Source: Eledone cirrhosa
Lineage: Eukaryota
Assembly (NCBI GenBank): GCA_964016885.1
Contig: OZ024740.1
Coordinates: 405,356,001 to 405,420,000 of the forward strand
Length of the DNA stretch: 64,000 nt
Reading direction: 5' to 3'
Shown: positions 40,125 through 52,140 of the stretch, piece after piece
Layout of the letters: each line of letters starts with the position of its first letter
How positions within the stretch are numbered: the stretch's first letter is position 1
Notes under the pieces: model-generated
The model's input: the letters and a program-made list of their open reading frames with translations, nothing else
The model's database searches: none
Told to the model about the DNA's origin: nothing
Made by a program: the position numbers and the translations under genes

Positions 40125-40945
40125 TTTAATTCAGCTTCTTACCTTGTGGAAATGGCCCTGAAATACTTGAACTTCTCCACCTGCTTCAATGTAACTTTGC
40201 TCACATGCAAAATGAACCTACCCAGTGCATATCGAAGATCATCTTCTGATAAGTTAAGTAACATCATGTCAACTGCATTTTGATACCCTTCCAGCTTGTG
40301 CATGTCAATCTTGTTCATGAAGATTATGAACAAGAGAGGTGACAATATGCACCCTCGGCAGAGTCTGGAGCCCACATTGAATGGTTTTAACTTAGCACCA
40401 TTTATCCAAACAAATACTAGAGCATTCTTATAAGGACATCAAGAAACATAAGCAACAAGAAACTGTCCATCGATCCCATACTCCTGCAGAACCTTCGACA
40501 AGTCCCATGAAACGTGGTCATATGTCTTTCTGAGATCAATGAAACAAGCATACATCTCTTGACAATACTCCCTTTGCTGGAGCTAGTGTAATAATGCTCC
40601 AGCTTCAACATTCAGACATCAGAAAAAAGAAGGTCGGTGTAAGAGCCTACCCTGACCTATGGTCCTGAATTTTGATTAATGACTGAAAGAATTCAATCAC
40701 AAATGCAACCAAAGTGTGATTCCTCAAAAGTGTTTTACAGTGCCTAGTTCTACACTCCAGGTAGATCAACTAGTTCTCACAACTCCAGTACTACAGACAT
40801 ATTGTTAGAAAATGCAAGGAAAGAATTGGTGGACAGATTTTATGGTCAAAGACAACTGACAAAGATACCCAGAGGGAGACCACATCCTTAAACTTGATTG
40901 GTCTTGCTTGGGGATCCAGCCAGATCATTTGAAAGGCGTCTGGGG
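40125..40945. mobile_element. Degenerate RTE family D with inverted 5' segment
   Basis: 40125-40575 matches the RT of 48020-49762 on the minus strand; 40600-40945 matches its 3' part on the plus strand. Confidence 0.65.
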
Positions 40946-40969
40946 AAGGGACCTCAGATCCCTTGTAGA

Positions 40970-41108
40970 AATAATAACTGTTTCTACTTTAGGAACAAGG
41001 CCAGCAATTTGAAAGGGAGGGGATAGTCAATTAAATTTACCCCAGTGCATTACTGGTGCTTTTTTTTATCGACCCCGTAAGGATGAAAGGCAAAGCTAAC
41101 CTCAGCAT
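40970..41108 (-). mobile_element. Deu-like SINE 3' half
   Basis: Reverse complement of the 25158-25355 core. Confidence 0.75.
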
Positions 41109-43715
41109 ATAATAATAATAAGAAGAAGAAGAAGAAGAAGAAGAAGATATAATGTAGATGTAAATATTTTTTAATATATCCCCTAAGAGGTTAATAGCCA
41201 AAAATTAAAATAAAAAATGATAATTTTATTAACAATAATTCATATCAAATATTTAGACATTTGATAAATGTAGAGGTTGTTACTGATATTTTGCTGAAAT
41301 ATTTATATAGAGATATTTCTATGAGTGCTTAAGGTTTGAATATATTTTTAAATAAGCATGGGTTTGTGTGTTTATAGTGCAGCATCTTTAGAGCTTTTAT
41401 CATTTTTCTTTTAGCCCCTGACCAACATATAATCAAAGGCATTCCATCTGTGACCACTTTAGTAATTCTAGAAATATTCTATGAAATTTGTCCATGTAAT
41501 TTGAGGAAAATTTAACTACTATTTTAGCAAGTTCAACTACCATGTAGAACAAGCATGGGCAACCTTTTTCGAGCAGTGGGCTGCATGAGATATGACTCAC
41601 GATAAGGTGGGCCACACTACTAAAACAATTCACTAGACTGCAGTTTGCCCATATCTTGTAGAGAGGCTCCTACATGCGTGTGGTCACAAAAAAGGCTTGC
41701 TAAATTTTTTGTCTTTCTTTAGAGATAGATATTGGAAATTTTAATGAAAAGACCATCAATAACAAGAGTTTTTCACAAAATTTAATGCAGCTTTATTACA
41801 ATAACCTCAATTAGTAATTCTTAGATACTTTAACCAAGAAGAATTAGTGTTATTTTCATGTTTGCCTTCATTCCTTTTATAATTCTACAGTCAAAATGTA
41901 TAGTAATACTAATCACACTCTACAGTTAACAATATTTCTTTTTTCAAGGAATATTTCAACTGAACATATGTTATTGAAACCAATTTAATTTTCAATATAT
42001 TCTCAAGGAGATAATATTCCTAAAAGAATATTACAAATTATATTGGTTATTTTATTGTATCTCAAAATCATTTCCTTCTATTTCTCTTTTTGTTTTTTAT
42101 TAAATATAGTATGTAATGTTTTTGATAATTCTTGTGTGAAATTGGCAATTCAAACATTATCTAAATTTTTCTTCAGGATTTAATTTATTATAGCCATAAA
42201 GGTTTCAGTATATTTATTCCATATATTTATAAGATTATGCAGAACTTTTAAGTGATTTTTCATGTTTCTCTCTCTGGAAATCACAAATATTTCAACTGGT
42301 TTAGTGAATGTCAAAGATCAAAATACACTAAGAAGATAATGATTATGCTATTCATTATTAGATTTCATCAGAAACAATATGCTTCTAAATAGATTTAGAT
42401 GGTGTAAATATTGCAGTAACAGTAGTGTGTGATGCGGTTAGTTGAATCTTGACATCTTAATCGCACTTAATTTGACATTTTCTCCTTTTGCAGCTCTAAT
42501 GTATTAACCCCTTTGATAGCAGATCACTTGAAACTGCTTCTGTTTCTCTCATACAGAACTGTTTGCTTTAAAGTGTTTATATTTATCTAAAAACCTTTCA
42601 TCATAACTCTATGTAAAAAGCTTTGTTAAGTTATGTTCTAAACACCAGATAAGTGATGAGAAAGTTAGTTGTATTACTAGATTCTTACAAATTCTTGATT
42701 ATTTCCAAAATGAAACATCTAGGAAGTGTCATCAACATCACCATCTATCATCCATTCTTGCATGGATTAGCTGGGCTGCCACGTTATGAAGTTAGATAGG
42801 TCAGGTGACCATGTTTTGCTTATATGCTGTTTTTAACTTGGTTTTCTATGGCTGGATGTCATTCCTAATGTTAACCACTATACAACATGTATTGGAAGCT
42901 TTTTTTGTGGTACCAGCACTACCACCTAACAAAGTGGACTTGGTACTTTTTGTCATGTCACCAGCATTATCATTTTACAAGGTAAATTGGGTGCTTTTTA
43001 TCATGGCACCAGCATTATCATTTTACAAGCTAAATTGGGTGCTTTTTGTCATGGTACCAGCACTACCACCTTACAAAAAGCGTATTTCATTAAAAATCTG
43101 GTAGCAAAACGGTTAACCAATTTCCAGTTGATATGAATGAAAAATCTCCAAAAAATCTATAAGCCTGATACTACTAGATAAGCATCTCCATAATCCACAT
43201 TTGCTTAACATTAGAATGTTGATATGTTGTTGATTAAATGTTGAAATCTCACCATAATCTTCATAATATTAATAAATCAATTCACAAGTTTGTTTTTTTC
43301 TGTATGGGTGGTATGTATAAGCAATGTTTGTCCTTATCTAGTTGTTTACCAATATAAATGTATGCACTATCAACAATAGTATGGAGAACTTTTCACCATC
43401 TATATATATATGAATGTCCTAAATTCATCATAATCTTTCATAATTTTAATAAATCAATTCACGTTTTTTTTCTTTGTGTGGGTGGCATATATAAGCAATG
43501 ATTGTCCATTTTCTAGTTGTTTACCAATATAGACTTATGTTATCCTTAGTATAAAATATGTTTCACCTTCAGTCTATATGAATGTCCTAAATTAAGTGCA
43601 AGCTCCTGATGAGATGAGTCGATGAGCCAATATTGATTCTTTGTCATTTTATTTCACTTAGTTACTATCATTCTTGAGGAGCACAGGAGTATCACACAGT
43701 TTAATTTCCTTCCTC

Positions 43716-43793
<78 letters not shown>

Positions 43794-44164
43794 CTATATA
43801 TACATATAATATATATGTGTGTATGTGTGTCTATAAGCTTGTGTGTGTGTATAAGCTTGTGTGTGTTCTGTGTGTATGTGTGAGTGAGAGAAGTCAATAT
43901 TTTTTTTCTCCTTATTTGTGAAAACTTCCAGTCCAATAACAGTAAGTTCTCTTCTCCGCAGTGTAGCATAAAAATGTTGAGAGCGGATTTAAATAAAATT
44001 TTTTTGAAGGTTCTTCTCACCATATTTCAGTTTTGGTGATCTTATTCTCACCAGTTACCGATCTGTTACTTTCTTAAAACTGCAAAGACTAGGCTTTTTT
44101 GAGGCAGCTGTTACTTGCCTCATCATAGCTACATCACAGAGTTGTGAGAGTTTTCTTGGGAGAA

Positions 44165-44545
44165 GGGGATCTCTGACTTGCACTTGATAGGTTTGATGCT
44201 GAATGTTGCATGGCTGGAATGAAAATCAGTGCTGTGAAAACTGATATATGTGAAAGGCCTTCCACTGAAGTAGGTAGAGAAGTTCAAGTAGCTTGGAGCC
44301 GTGTTCATGAGTGATGGAAAGCAGGAGGCTGAACTAAGTGTAAGAATTGCAGTAATGTGCCAGCTTCAGCATTCAGCAATCAGAAGAAGGAAAGAATTCC
44401 TGGATAGATTTTATGGGAAAAACCAACCAGCAGGTGACCTGTGGGTAGACCCCAAGCAAAATGGTTGGATAACATCCATGAGCTTGGCTGGTCTTGCTTG
44501 GAGATCCAGCCAGATCAGTTGGAGATGGTTGCTTCTGACAATCTA
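44165..44545 (+). mobile_element. RTE family D fragment with internal deletions
   Basis: Similar to 49000-49690. Confidence 0.75.
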
Positions 44546-45067
44546 TGAGATGTTGATGTTATTTATTTTAACTACAATACCTTAACATCAGTATGAGCAG
44601 TAGGTTACGACCAGTTTGAACAGAAAAAGGTGAGAAAGTTCTGGTCAGATACAGCCAGTTGAAATGCTAAAGAGTTAAAGATTTTAGTCTATCTTTCAAT
44701 AAATATTTTTCATGAAATTAGTTTAACCATAGTAATTTATTTCATATATTTAATCCTCCCATCCTTCAACATTTCATGACAAATTAGTATCTATTACCAA
44801 ACTCTTATTAGGCAGACATATAAAGAAAACTCAGCAATAGACGAATAAGATCTATAACTATAATAGTGTACAACAGCAGCTGGTGCCAACTGCATTTACA
44901 TGATATCAGGTTAAATCTAAAGAATATCTAACAAATATAAGGGGTCAAAACATGAAAATACATAAAATAAATACAATAAAATACAAATTAGCCTCACTGT
45001 CTGAATATGTGCAATAGGAAAATACTTATGTGTGTAGATACATACTCGTGTGTGTGTGTGTGTGTAT

Positions 45068-46572
45068 ATCATCACCATCATCATCCTCGTTTTTACATCC
45101 GCTTTACCATGCTTCCATGGGTTGGATGAGTCTTTCTCAGCACAGCATCTCTACATATGTTACGATCCTTTGCCATCTCCTGTATGAGTCTCAGTGATTT
45201 GGGGTCAACTCTCACAACTTCTGTGCAGGTTTTCTTGGTCTACTTCTACCGCAACTTCCTTCCACTGGGACTTCCTGACATTTCTTCACCCAACTATCAT
45301 TGTCCATTCACATCACATGTCCAAACCAATGCAGTCTTTTCGCCTGCAAGTCACCTCAGATTCCTCTTAAACCCAGTTTCTCCTTCAACTGGTCCAAGCT
45401 CTGCCTTTCTCTCACACTTACATTGCACATCCAACAGAGCATGGTTGCTCCATTTCTCTCCAGCCAAGGCATGTCTTCTGCAGTCACAGCCCATGTTTCA
45501 CTACCATGCAGCATCATACTTCGAACACTGGCGTCATACAGCTGTCCTTTTATACGTAGGGTGAAACCTTTTATTATCAACAGTGAGAGTAGCTCTTTAA
45601 ACTTCTTCAACCCTATCTTTATTCTCACTTTCATGCTCTCGAAGCACTCTCCTCTGCTGCTAATTAGGTCACACAGATAGCAGAAGCTATCAACCACTTC
45701 TATGGGTCCTTCCTGTAACTGGAATAGGTTTACATCACTAGTTTTCCCTTCCTGTTATCCCACTACATCTCTTGTGTAGCCAAGATTTACATTGTGTACA
45801 CTGTATGGAGTTTATGCCGGACTCCCTTTCTACATATTGAGCAGAGCCACTTCCCTGGGGGAATCAGGGTCCTATCCTCTCTCCTACTCACTAGCACTTT
45901 ACTTTTCACTCAGTTTACTCTCAGGCCTTTTGCTTCTAGATTCTGTTTCCATAGTTGAAACTTATTTTCTAGGTCTTTAATGGATTCAGCTATAAGGACC
46001 AGATCATCTGCATAGAGAAGTTACCATGAGTAACCAGTCATAAACTCCTCTGTTATAGCCTGGAGAACTATAATGAATAGTAGTAGACTAAGAACTGAAC
46101 CGTGATGAACTCCTACTTGTGCCTTGAATTCCTAAGTGGCTTATTTGGGCTAAGAACCCCTCTTGTAGTTCCCTCACTAAAAAGATGGCATCTGTATTAC
46201 TTTTCCCAGGCATAAAACCAAGCTGTATCCCATCTAATTTAACTATTTTTCTAAATGGTTGCACTATAACTATTTCCGTCACTTTCATAACTTGGTCCAT
46301 CAGTTTTATTCCCCTATAGTTGCTCCATTTTAGGGCATCACCGTTGCCCTTTTAGCAATTTACGATTGTACTGATACACCAGTCATTGGATATGACACTG
46401 TTCTGTATTACCTGATTGACTATTTGGGTTACTAGTTTGACTCATACGTTTCTCAATGTTTTTACCATCTCAGCAACTATCTCTAATGGTCCTGCAGCTT
46501 TACCAATCTTCATCTCCTTAATTGCTTCTTTAACCCTGTAACTGTCAACTTCAATAGCTGGCCTTTCTGTTG
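45068..46572 (-). mobile_element. Old RTE LINE (C-like), decayed
   Basis: [23 protein letters not shown] remnants; (GAT)n-like tail. Confidence 0.85.
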
Positions 46573-46730
46573 AGTGTGTGTGTGTGGGGGGGGGGGGGGG
46601 TAGTCCATCTTCCATCTTCCACGCTAGCATGTGTTAATATATTTATATATATATATACGTTATTCCGGGTTGAATCGGAGGTAACCACAGTAAGTAAGGT
46701 ACTCAATACATAGCAGAGTATAAAAGTTTC

Positions 46731-46855
46731 AATATAGATGAGATTCTACAGGACTAGAACTGTTTCATTCTTTAGAAATCATCAGGAATCTCAGAGATTC
46801 CTGATGATTTCTAAAGAATGAAACAGTTCTAGTCCTGTAGAATCTCATCTATATT
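46731..46855. repeat. Perfect 62-bp-arm palindrome with a 1-nt spacer
   Basis: 46731-46792 is the exact reverse complement of 46794-46855. Confidence 0.95.
46794..46846 (+). ncRNA. Type I hammerhead ribozyme (mirror copy on the minus strand at 46740-46792)
   Basis: GAGATTC-CTGATGA-T TTC taaa GAA T-GAA-ACAG ttctagtc CTGT-A-GAATCTC; predicted GUA cleavage after 46839. Confidence 0.8.
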
Positions 46856-46859
46856 AAAA

Positions 46860-46901
<42 letters not shown>

Positions 46902-46904
<3 letters not shown>

Positions 46905-46959
46905 AAACCCATGCAAGCGTGGAACACGGACGTTAAACGTTGATGATGATGATGATGAT
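46902..46959 (+). mobile_element. RTE family A extreme 3' tip (58 bp)
   Basis: Matches 1561-1618; follows a pure (TA)n run. Confidence 0.85.
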
Positions 46960-47355
46960 ATACACTCTGCTTCTTTCCCTGCATTGAATACTCCCCTGAT
47001 TTGTGGTCTCTCCGCTCTCGTCAGCACAGACTTTATAAATATATTATTAATGTCTGCTTAAAACAGATGATCATTTCCTTAGGTTTCGAAGCATGCCTCT
47101 GTATTAGACAAAAAATGTTATTATGGCATCGCTTTTCATCAGGTGAATTGTTAAGATGGCTGATGTTACATCATATGAGATCTCGTGAGATTAAAAATGC
47201 TAGGTAGCTTATGGTTATTCAAGGGGAGTAACTCCTGTGTTTTATATACAATATATATATAAGCAATGAGTTATTTAATTTGTTGATTATTCAACAAATT
47301 TAGTTTATAACAGATTAGAAGCACTCAACAAATTTCTTCTGGAGTATAATATCAA

Positions 47356-47625
47356 TAATATTAGTAAATGGAAACTATCTTTATAAAACCATATTTATTT
47401 TATTATATATATTTCAAGGGTACCAAAATTTTGGTACACTCATCAGATAAAATACAAAAGTTGTTTTACATATTCAAATGTGACATATTCAAAACTAAAA
47501 TTTAACGTTTTAAGTTGTGTTTGAATATTCAAACAGAACTCAAAACGTTAAATTCTAGTTATTTTGGTACCCTTGAAATATATATAATAAAATAAATATG
47601 GTTTTATAAAGATAGTTTCCATTTA

Positions 47626-47634
<9 letters not shown>
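47356..47634. repeat. Nested foldback (74-bp outer arms, 34-bp inner arms)
   Basis: 47356-47429 vs 47561-47634; 47493-47526 vs 47527-47560. Confidence 0.88.
47396..47454 (-). ncRNA. Type I hammerhead ribozyme with palindromic ATATATAT stem III
   Basis: Minus strand: TATTTTAT-CTGATGA-gtGTACCAA aatt TTGGTACcctt-GAAA-TATATA-TA-ATAAAATA. Confidence 0.7.
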
Positions 47635-47686
<52 letters not shown>

Positions 47687-47704
<18 letters not shown>

Positions 47705-48015
47705 TTTTTAGTATATGTTGGTTGTTTACCGACACCTCAGTATGCAACCCAAAAACTCCCCAACAGCCCACGGCACACTCAACCCACCCACATAGGAGTA
47801 TACACAGAAAAATCATGTGGTAGAACCCACCCTACTCAGCAGCCCTAAAGAACAGATTGGCCCACTCATTCTTTAGAGCACTAGATAACTGCTTCCCGAG
47901 GGACCATAGATACCGCAAGATCTTCAACAGACACACTGTGAAGCTCTCGTGTTCTACCACGCGAAATGTGGCCCAGCACATAGCTAGCATCAATAGGGGT
48001 AGACTTAAAAACCAC
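47687..48015 (-). mobile_element. Poly(A)-tailed 3' end of an L1/Tx1-like element
   Basis: T-run 47687-47709 next to (TA)n; short ORF end at 47832 followed by a UTR. Confidence 0.45.
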
Positions 48016-48019
48016 ACAC

Positions 48020-49762
48020 TTTGGAGTTAAGCTGGAATCCGACTTCAGATCAGCAAATAAAGTGTTCTGGCAAACCATCTGCTGACTTCGCAATAAGAAG
48101 TCCTCCTCCAACGCCTGCTATCAGGAATGCGACTAAAGTTCTCCTCTCTTCAGAGAGATGGAGAGAATACTTTGCTTATTTCCTAAACCTGATCACATCA
48201 GCATCTTCTGATGTACACAGGGTGCATCTCGGAGTGGTGACTAATCTCTCAGAGGCTGAGGTTACAAGAGCAGTTAAAGAGCTCAAATGTGGCAAGGCCG
48301 CTGGGGAAGATGAAATCTGGACCGAGATGTTAAAAGCCTTAAATAGAGAAGGTATTCTCTGGCTGACTCATGTGTGCCAGGTAGCCTTGATCTCTGGAAA
48401 GGCACCTAAGCAATGGCAATTGGGAGTGATAATTCTAATTTTCAAAGAGAGAGACAAGAGAGATTGTTCTAATTACAGAGGGATCTCTTTGTTAAGTCTC
48501 CCCAGTAAAGTCTATGCTAAGTGTCTGGTGAAGAGATGTAGGATGATTGTCCAAGCTAGCTGATGAACAGTGTGGTTTTCACCCTAGATGCAGCACAGCC
48601 AACCAAATATTCACACTGTGGCAGATTTTCGAGAAATCATGAGAGCATTGCCAAGAGGTATATTCTTGTTTTGTATATATCGAAAAGGCATGACAGCATT
48701 ACTCAGGACCTATTGTAGAAGGTTCTGCAGGAGTATGAGATCGATGGTCAGCAGCTTGCTGCTCTGATATCACTATATGAATGCCCGAGTACTTGTGTTT
48801 AGACAAATGGTGCTAAATCAAAACCATTCAATGGAGGAGTCGGATTCTGCCAAGGGTGAATACTTTCACCTTTCCTGTTCATTATTTTCATGAACAGAAT
48901 TGACATGCGCAAACAGTTTGGAAGTGGTATCATAAGTGGCATGCGTAAAATCCGTCAGCTGGAATATACAGATGACATGGTGTTACTTAACTCAACAGAA
49001 GGTGATCTCCGACTTGCACTTGATAGGTTTGATGCTGAGTGTTGCATGGATGGAATGGAAATCAGGGCTGTAAAAACTGTGACGCTCATTCTCTCAAGCA
49101 AGCGTGCCAAGTGCACTCTATATGTGAATGGAGTTCCACTGAAGCAGGTAGAGAAGTTCAAGTATCTTAGGGCCATGTTCACGAGTGATGGAAGGCAGGA
49201 GGCTGAATTAAGTGTAAGAATTTCTGGAGCTGGTGCAGTAATGTGCCAGCTTCCGCATTCGGTAATCAGAAAAAGGAAAGGTAGGTGTAAAAGCCAAACT
49301 CACTATCTTCAATTTGGTATTCAAGCCAATCCTTACCTATGGTCATGAATCTTGGGTAATGACCGAACGAATACTATCTCGAATATAAGTAGCCAAAATG
49401 AGGTTCCTTCGAAGGGTCTTTGGAGTAACGTTACTTGATAGAGTGCATAGCTCAGAGATCAGAGAGTCATTCCAGGTAAAACTACTATTCCAGAGATCAC
49501 AGCTCCGATACAATGGGCATGTGGTTAGAATGTCTCAGGAAAGAATCATTAGACAGATTTTACGGGCAAAACCAACCGGCAGGAGACCCAGAGGTAGACC
49601 CCAAGCAAACTGGTTGGATAATATTCATGAACTTGTCTGGTCTCACTTGGGGATCCAGCTGGATCAGTTGGGGACGGTTGCTTCTGATAGGACCCACTGG
49701 AAGGAGTGTTTGAGGACTCTGCTACCATGAGCCTCTCAGGAATAAGGGGGTGAAGATGATGT
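48020..49762 (+). mobile_element. RTE LINE family D, 5'-truncated and decayed
   Basis: GKAAGEDEI, NYRGISLLS, YTDD, VEKFKYL, RPRGRP; lacks the PHD insert. Confidence 0.9.
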
Positions 49763-50973
49763 ATTGTTATGTATGGTCCCGTAACTCATGAGGGAGTCGT
49801 GGAGATGCTGTATTGACATACTGCATTTCTAGGGCATTTTTAACCTGGTAGAGTTCATCTCCTCTCCATGTCTGAATACAGTACATTTCTTCCAGAGAAG
49901 GATAGAGAGTGAGAGAATGAAAGTGAGGAAGAGATATAGAGGAAGAATCAACACCAGTACTAAACTGGTACTTTTATTATTGACCTTGAATGGATGAATG
50001 TCTAAGTTGTCCTCATGTATTCATATATATATATTAGAAGATTATAGTAATATGGCTTAACATTTTCATAATTAAGCTGTGGGTGGTGGATTGGCAAAAT
50101 CATTCATGTTCTGAATTCAAATCCTGACAAGGTCAACTTTGCCTTTTATCTTTTTGGGGATCGATAAAATACAGTACTAGTAAAGTACTGGGGTTGATAT
50201 AATCGACTTTCCGACTCAATAGCCTTGTGCCTAAATAAGAAATTATTACGAATCTATGTTTGGAATATTAAATAGTACAAGGTTTTTTACATAAAATTAT
50301 AATGGAATTTTCTTATTTAGATATAGATACTTTAAAGCAGACAGTTTTTTTTTAACTCAAAAAACCAGGTGAGTTTGTATCAAATGAGTTAAATGTTGAT
50401 TTACATAAATAATTATTATTATTAAAGAAATAATTATCATTATATTGATGTTTATTCCAACTTTCTCATGGAATATCATTGATTCTGGCTTCTCAACTGT
50501 GTTAAGCTATACCAATCAAATTCGTGGAAGGAATATAATTCAAAGCATTATCAGTAAAAGAAGCAATGAGATTAAAGTTGCTTGCTCTCTCATAGCCTAA
50601 GGGGACGTAATTTTATCAAAATTACTTCCCCTCTTTAATATCGCGTTTATTTTTGATTAAGTTATTAAAAGATTTGATTAATTGTACAAAGAAGCCACAG
50701 ACATTTTTAAAGCAATCTTTTAAAAATAAAATGAATAATAAACGAATAAATAAACACATAATATACTTCATAATATTCTTTTATTAGATTCTTGAATTCA
50801 TAAAAATTTTATCAAAATTATTTTTAAAAACGTTACGTGAAATGTATATTTTTTCCATTTTTATTTAAATACGATTTTTAATAACTTTCTAAACAACTTT
50901 TTCTTGCGAGTATTACTTTTTGTTTTCGTTCTTGGAGTGTAAATATGTGTATAAAATATATAACCTTGTTTAA

Positions 50974-51112
50974 TTAATAAAATATTCTGTAGATGTTTCG
51001 ATGCCTATGGTACGATTTTCCAATCACATGAAAAATTACTTGAAATAACTTGGGAAATTTGTTGAAAAAATAATTGAAAGGTTCGCCGAGGATATCTTTG
51101 ATTTCTTGACTC
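50974..51112 (-). CDS. IRE1/RNase L-like kinase-KEN gene, terminal coding exon
   Basis: tttag|G SQEIKDILGEPFNYFFNKFPKLFQVIFHVIGKSYHRHRNIYRIFY*; matches the KEN C-terminal LG.P..YF...FP.L pattern; phase fits the preceding exon. Confidence 0.88.
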
Positions 51113-51346
51113 CTAAATATATTAAAGATTGTTTTTGTTTTGTTTTTTTAAAGAAAAAGATATTATAATATTAATACGACAATACATAATCAGGAGAGGG
51201 AAGGGACAACCAAGTTGGGTCCCCTAGGAATATACACAAAAATAATACAGTATCAAGTCAAATCAATATAAAAAAATTGTTTTATCAAACACATGATGTT
51301 TTTTTTTTTTTTAGAGGTTTAGTATTTTTTTACAAAAAAGAAATAT

Positions 51347-51532
51347 AATAATTGTTTCTACTTTTGGCACAAGGCCAGCAATTATCCCAGTGTATTACTG
51401 GTACTTTATTTTATCGACCCCGTAAGGATGAAAGGCAAAGTTAACCTCGGCAGGATTTGAACGCAGACCATAAAGGGTCGTAACTCTTTGCTGCAAAGCA
51501 TGGCGTCTGACCCTCTATGGATACTGCCAATA
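51347..51532 (-). mobile_element. Deu-like SINE (intronic)
   Basis: Reverse complement of 25158-25355. Confidence 0.8.
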
Positions 51533-51789
51533 ATATAATACTTACAGAACGAAAGCACAAACAAATATAATATAAAGGAAAGGGGCAAACCCATAGCCAG
51601 GTTTTCTGCCAGGTAATGCCATTCGAATATATGTTAAAACATGGGCATGCCAAAACAAAATAAAGAAATATTGTTTAGTAAAATATATAAATAAAATCTT
51701 GTTTGATGGGGATGCCAAAACTAAATTTGCTTTTGATAGTGGATGCCGGGCATCCCCTGGCATCCCCTTGGCTACGAGCCTGGAAAGGG

Positions 51790-52140
51790 GAAAACAAAAA
51801 AGAAAGAGAAAAGAAAAAACACATAAGTGGGTAGCACACATATCTGGGACCACATACTACAAAAGGCAGGTGAAAGGGGTAGACAATGGAGCCGCTACCA
51901 GGGTAAAAGATAACAGTATCACGAGGAGCACTGGGAAACCTCTCTAATGAATCAGCACGCTTGCAGCTTTACCTCGGGTGATGGCAAGGCTGATGCACTG
52001 GAACAACCAAGCGTCCTTACGAGCTTCACCAGTTACCTCTGTTAGGTGAACCGCCAGTGAAGATGAAAATCTTGCAGTCAGTAGCCCGACTCGCCCAAAC
52101 ATCTCGAACACCACAGGCTGGAAAATGTAGTTGGCCAACA
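51790..52140 (-). mobile_element. CRE-like element 3' end (RLE C-terminus + UTR)
   Basis: YIFQPVVFEMFG...WLFQCISLAITRGKAASV, homologous to the end of the 60454-61134 ORF. Confidence 0.75.

Noticed and set aside
42840-43075. ~40-bp repeats with an ORF (42805-43104)
   Set aside because: Decayed tandem expansion of the RTE 3' UTR module, not a gene.
43596-43700. CTGATGA next to a TA tract as a possible hammerhead
   Set aside because: No GAAA, stem III or cleavage triplet in register.
51585-51783. Possible hAT-like MITE (catagccag...ttggctacg, ggcatcccc repeats)
   Set aside because: Termini are too degenerate and no TSD could be identified.
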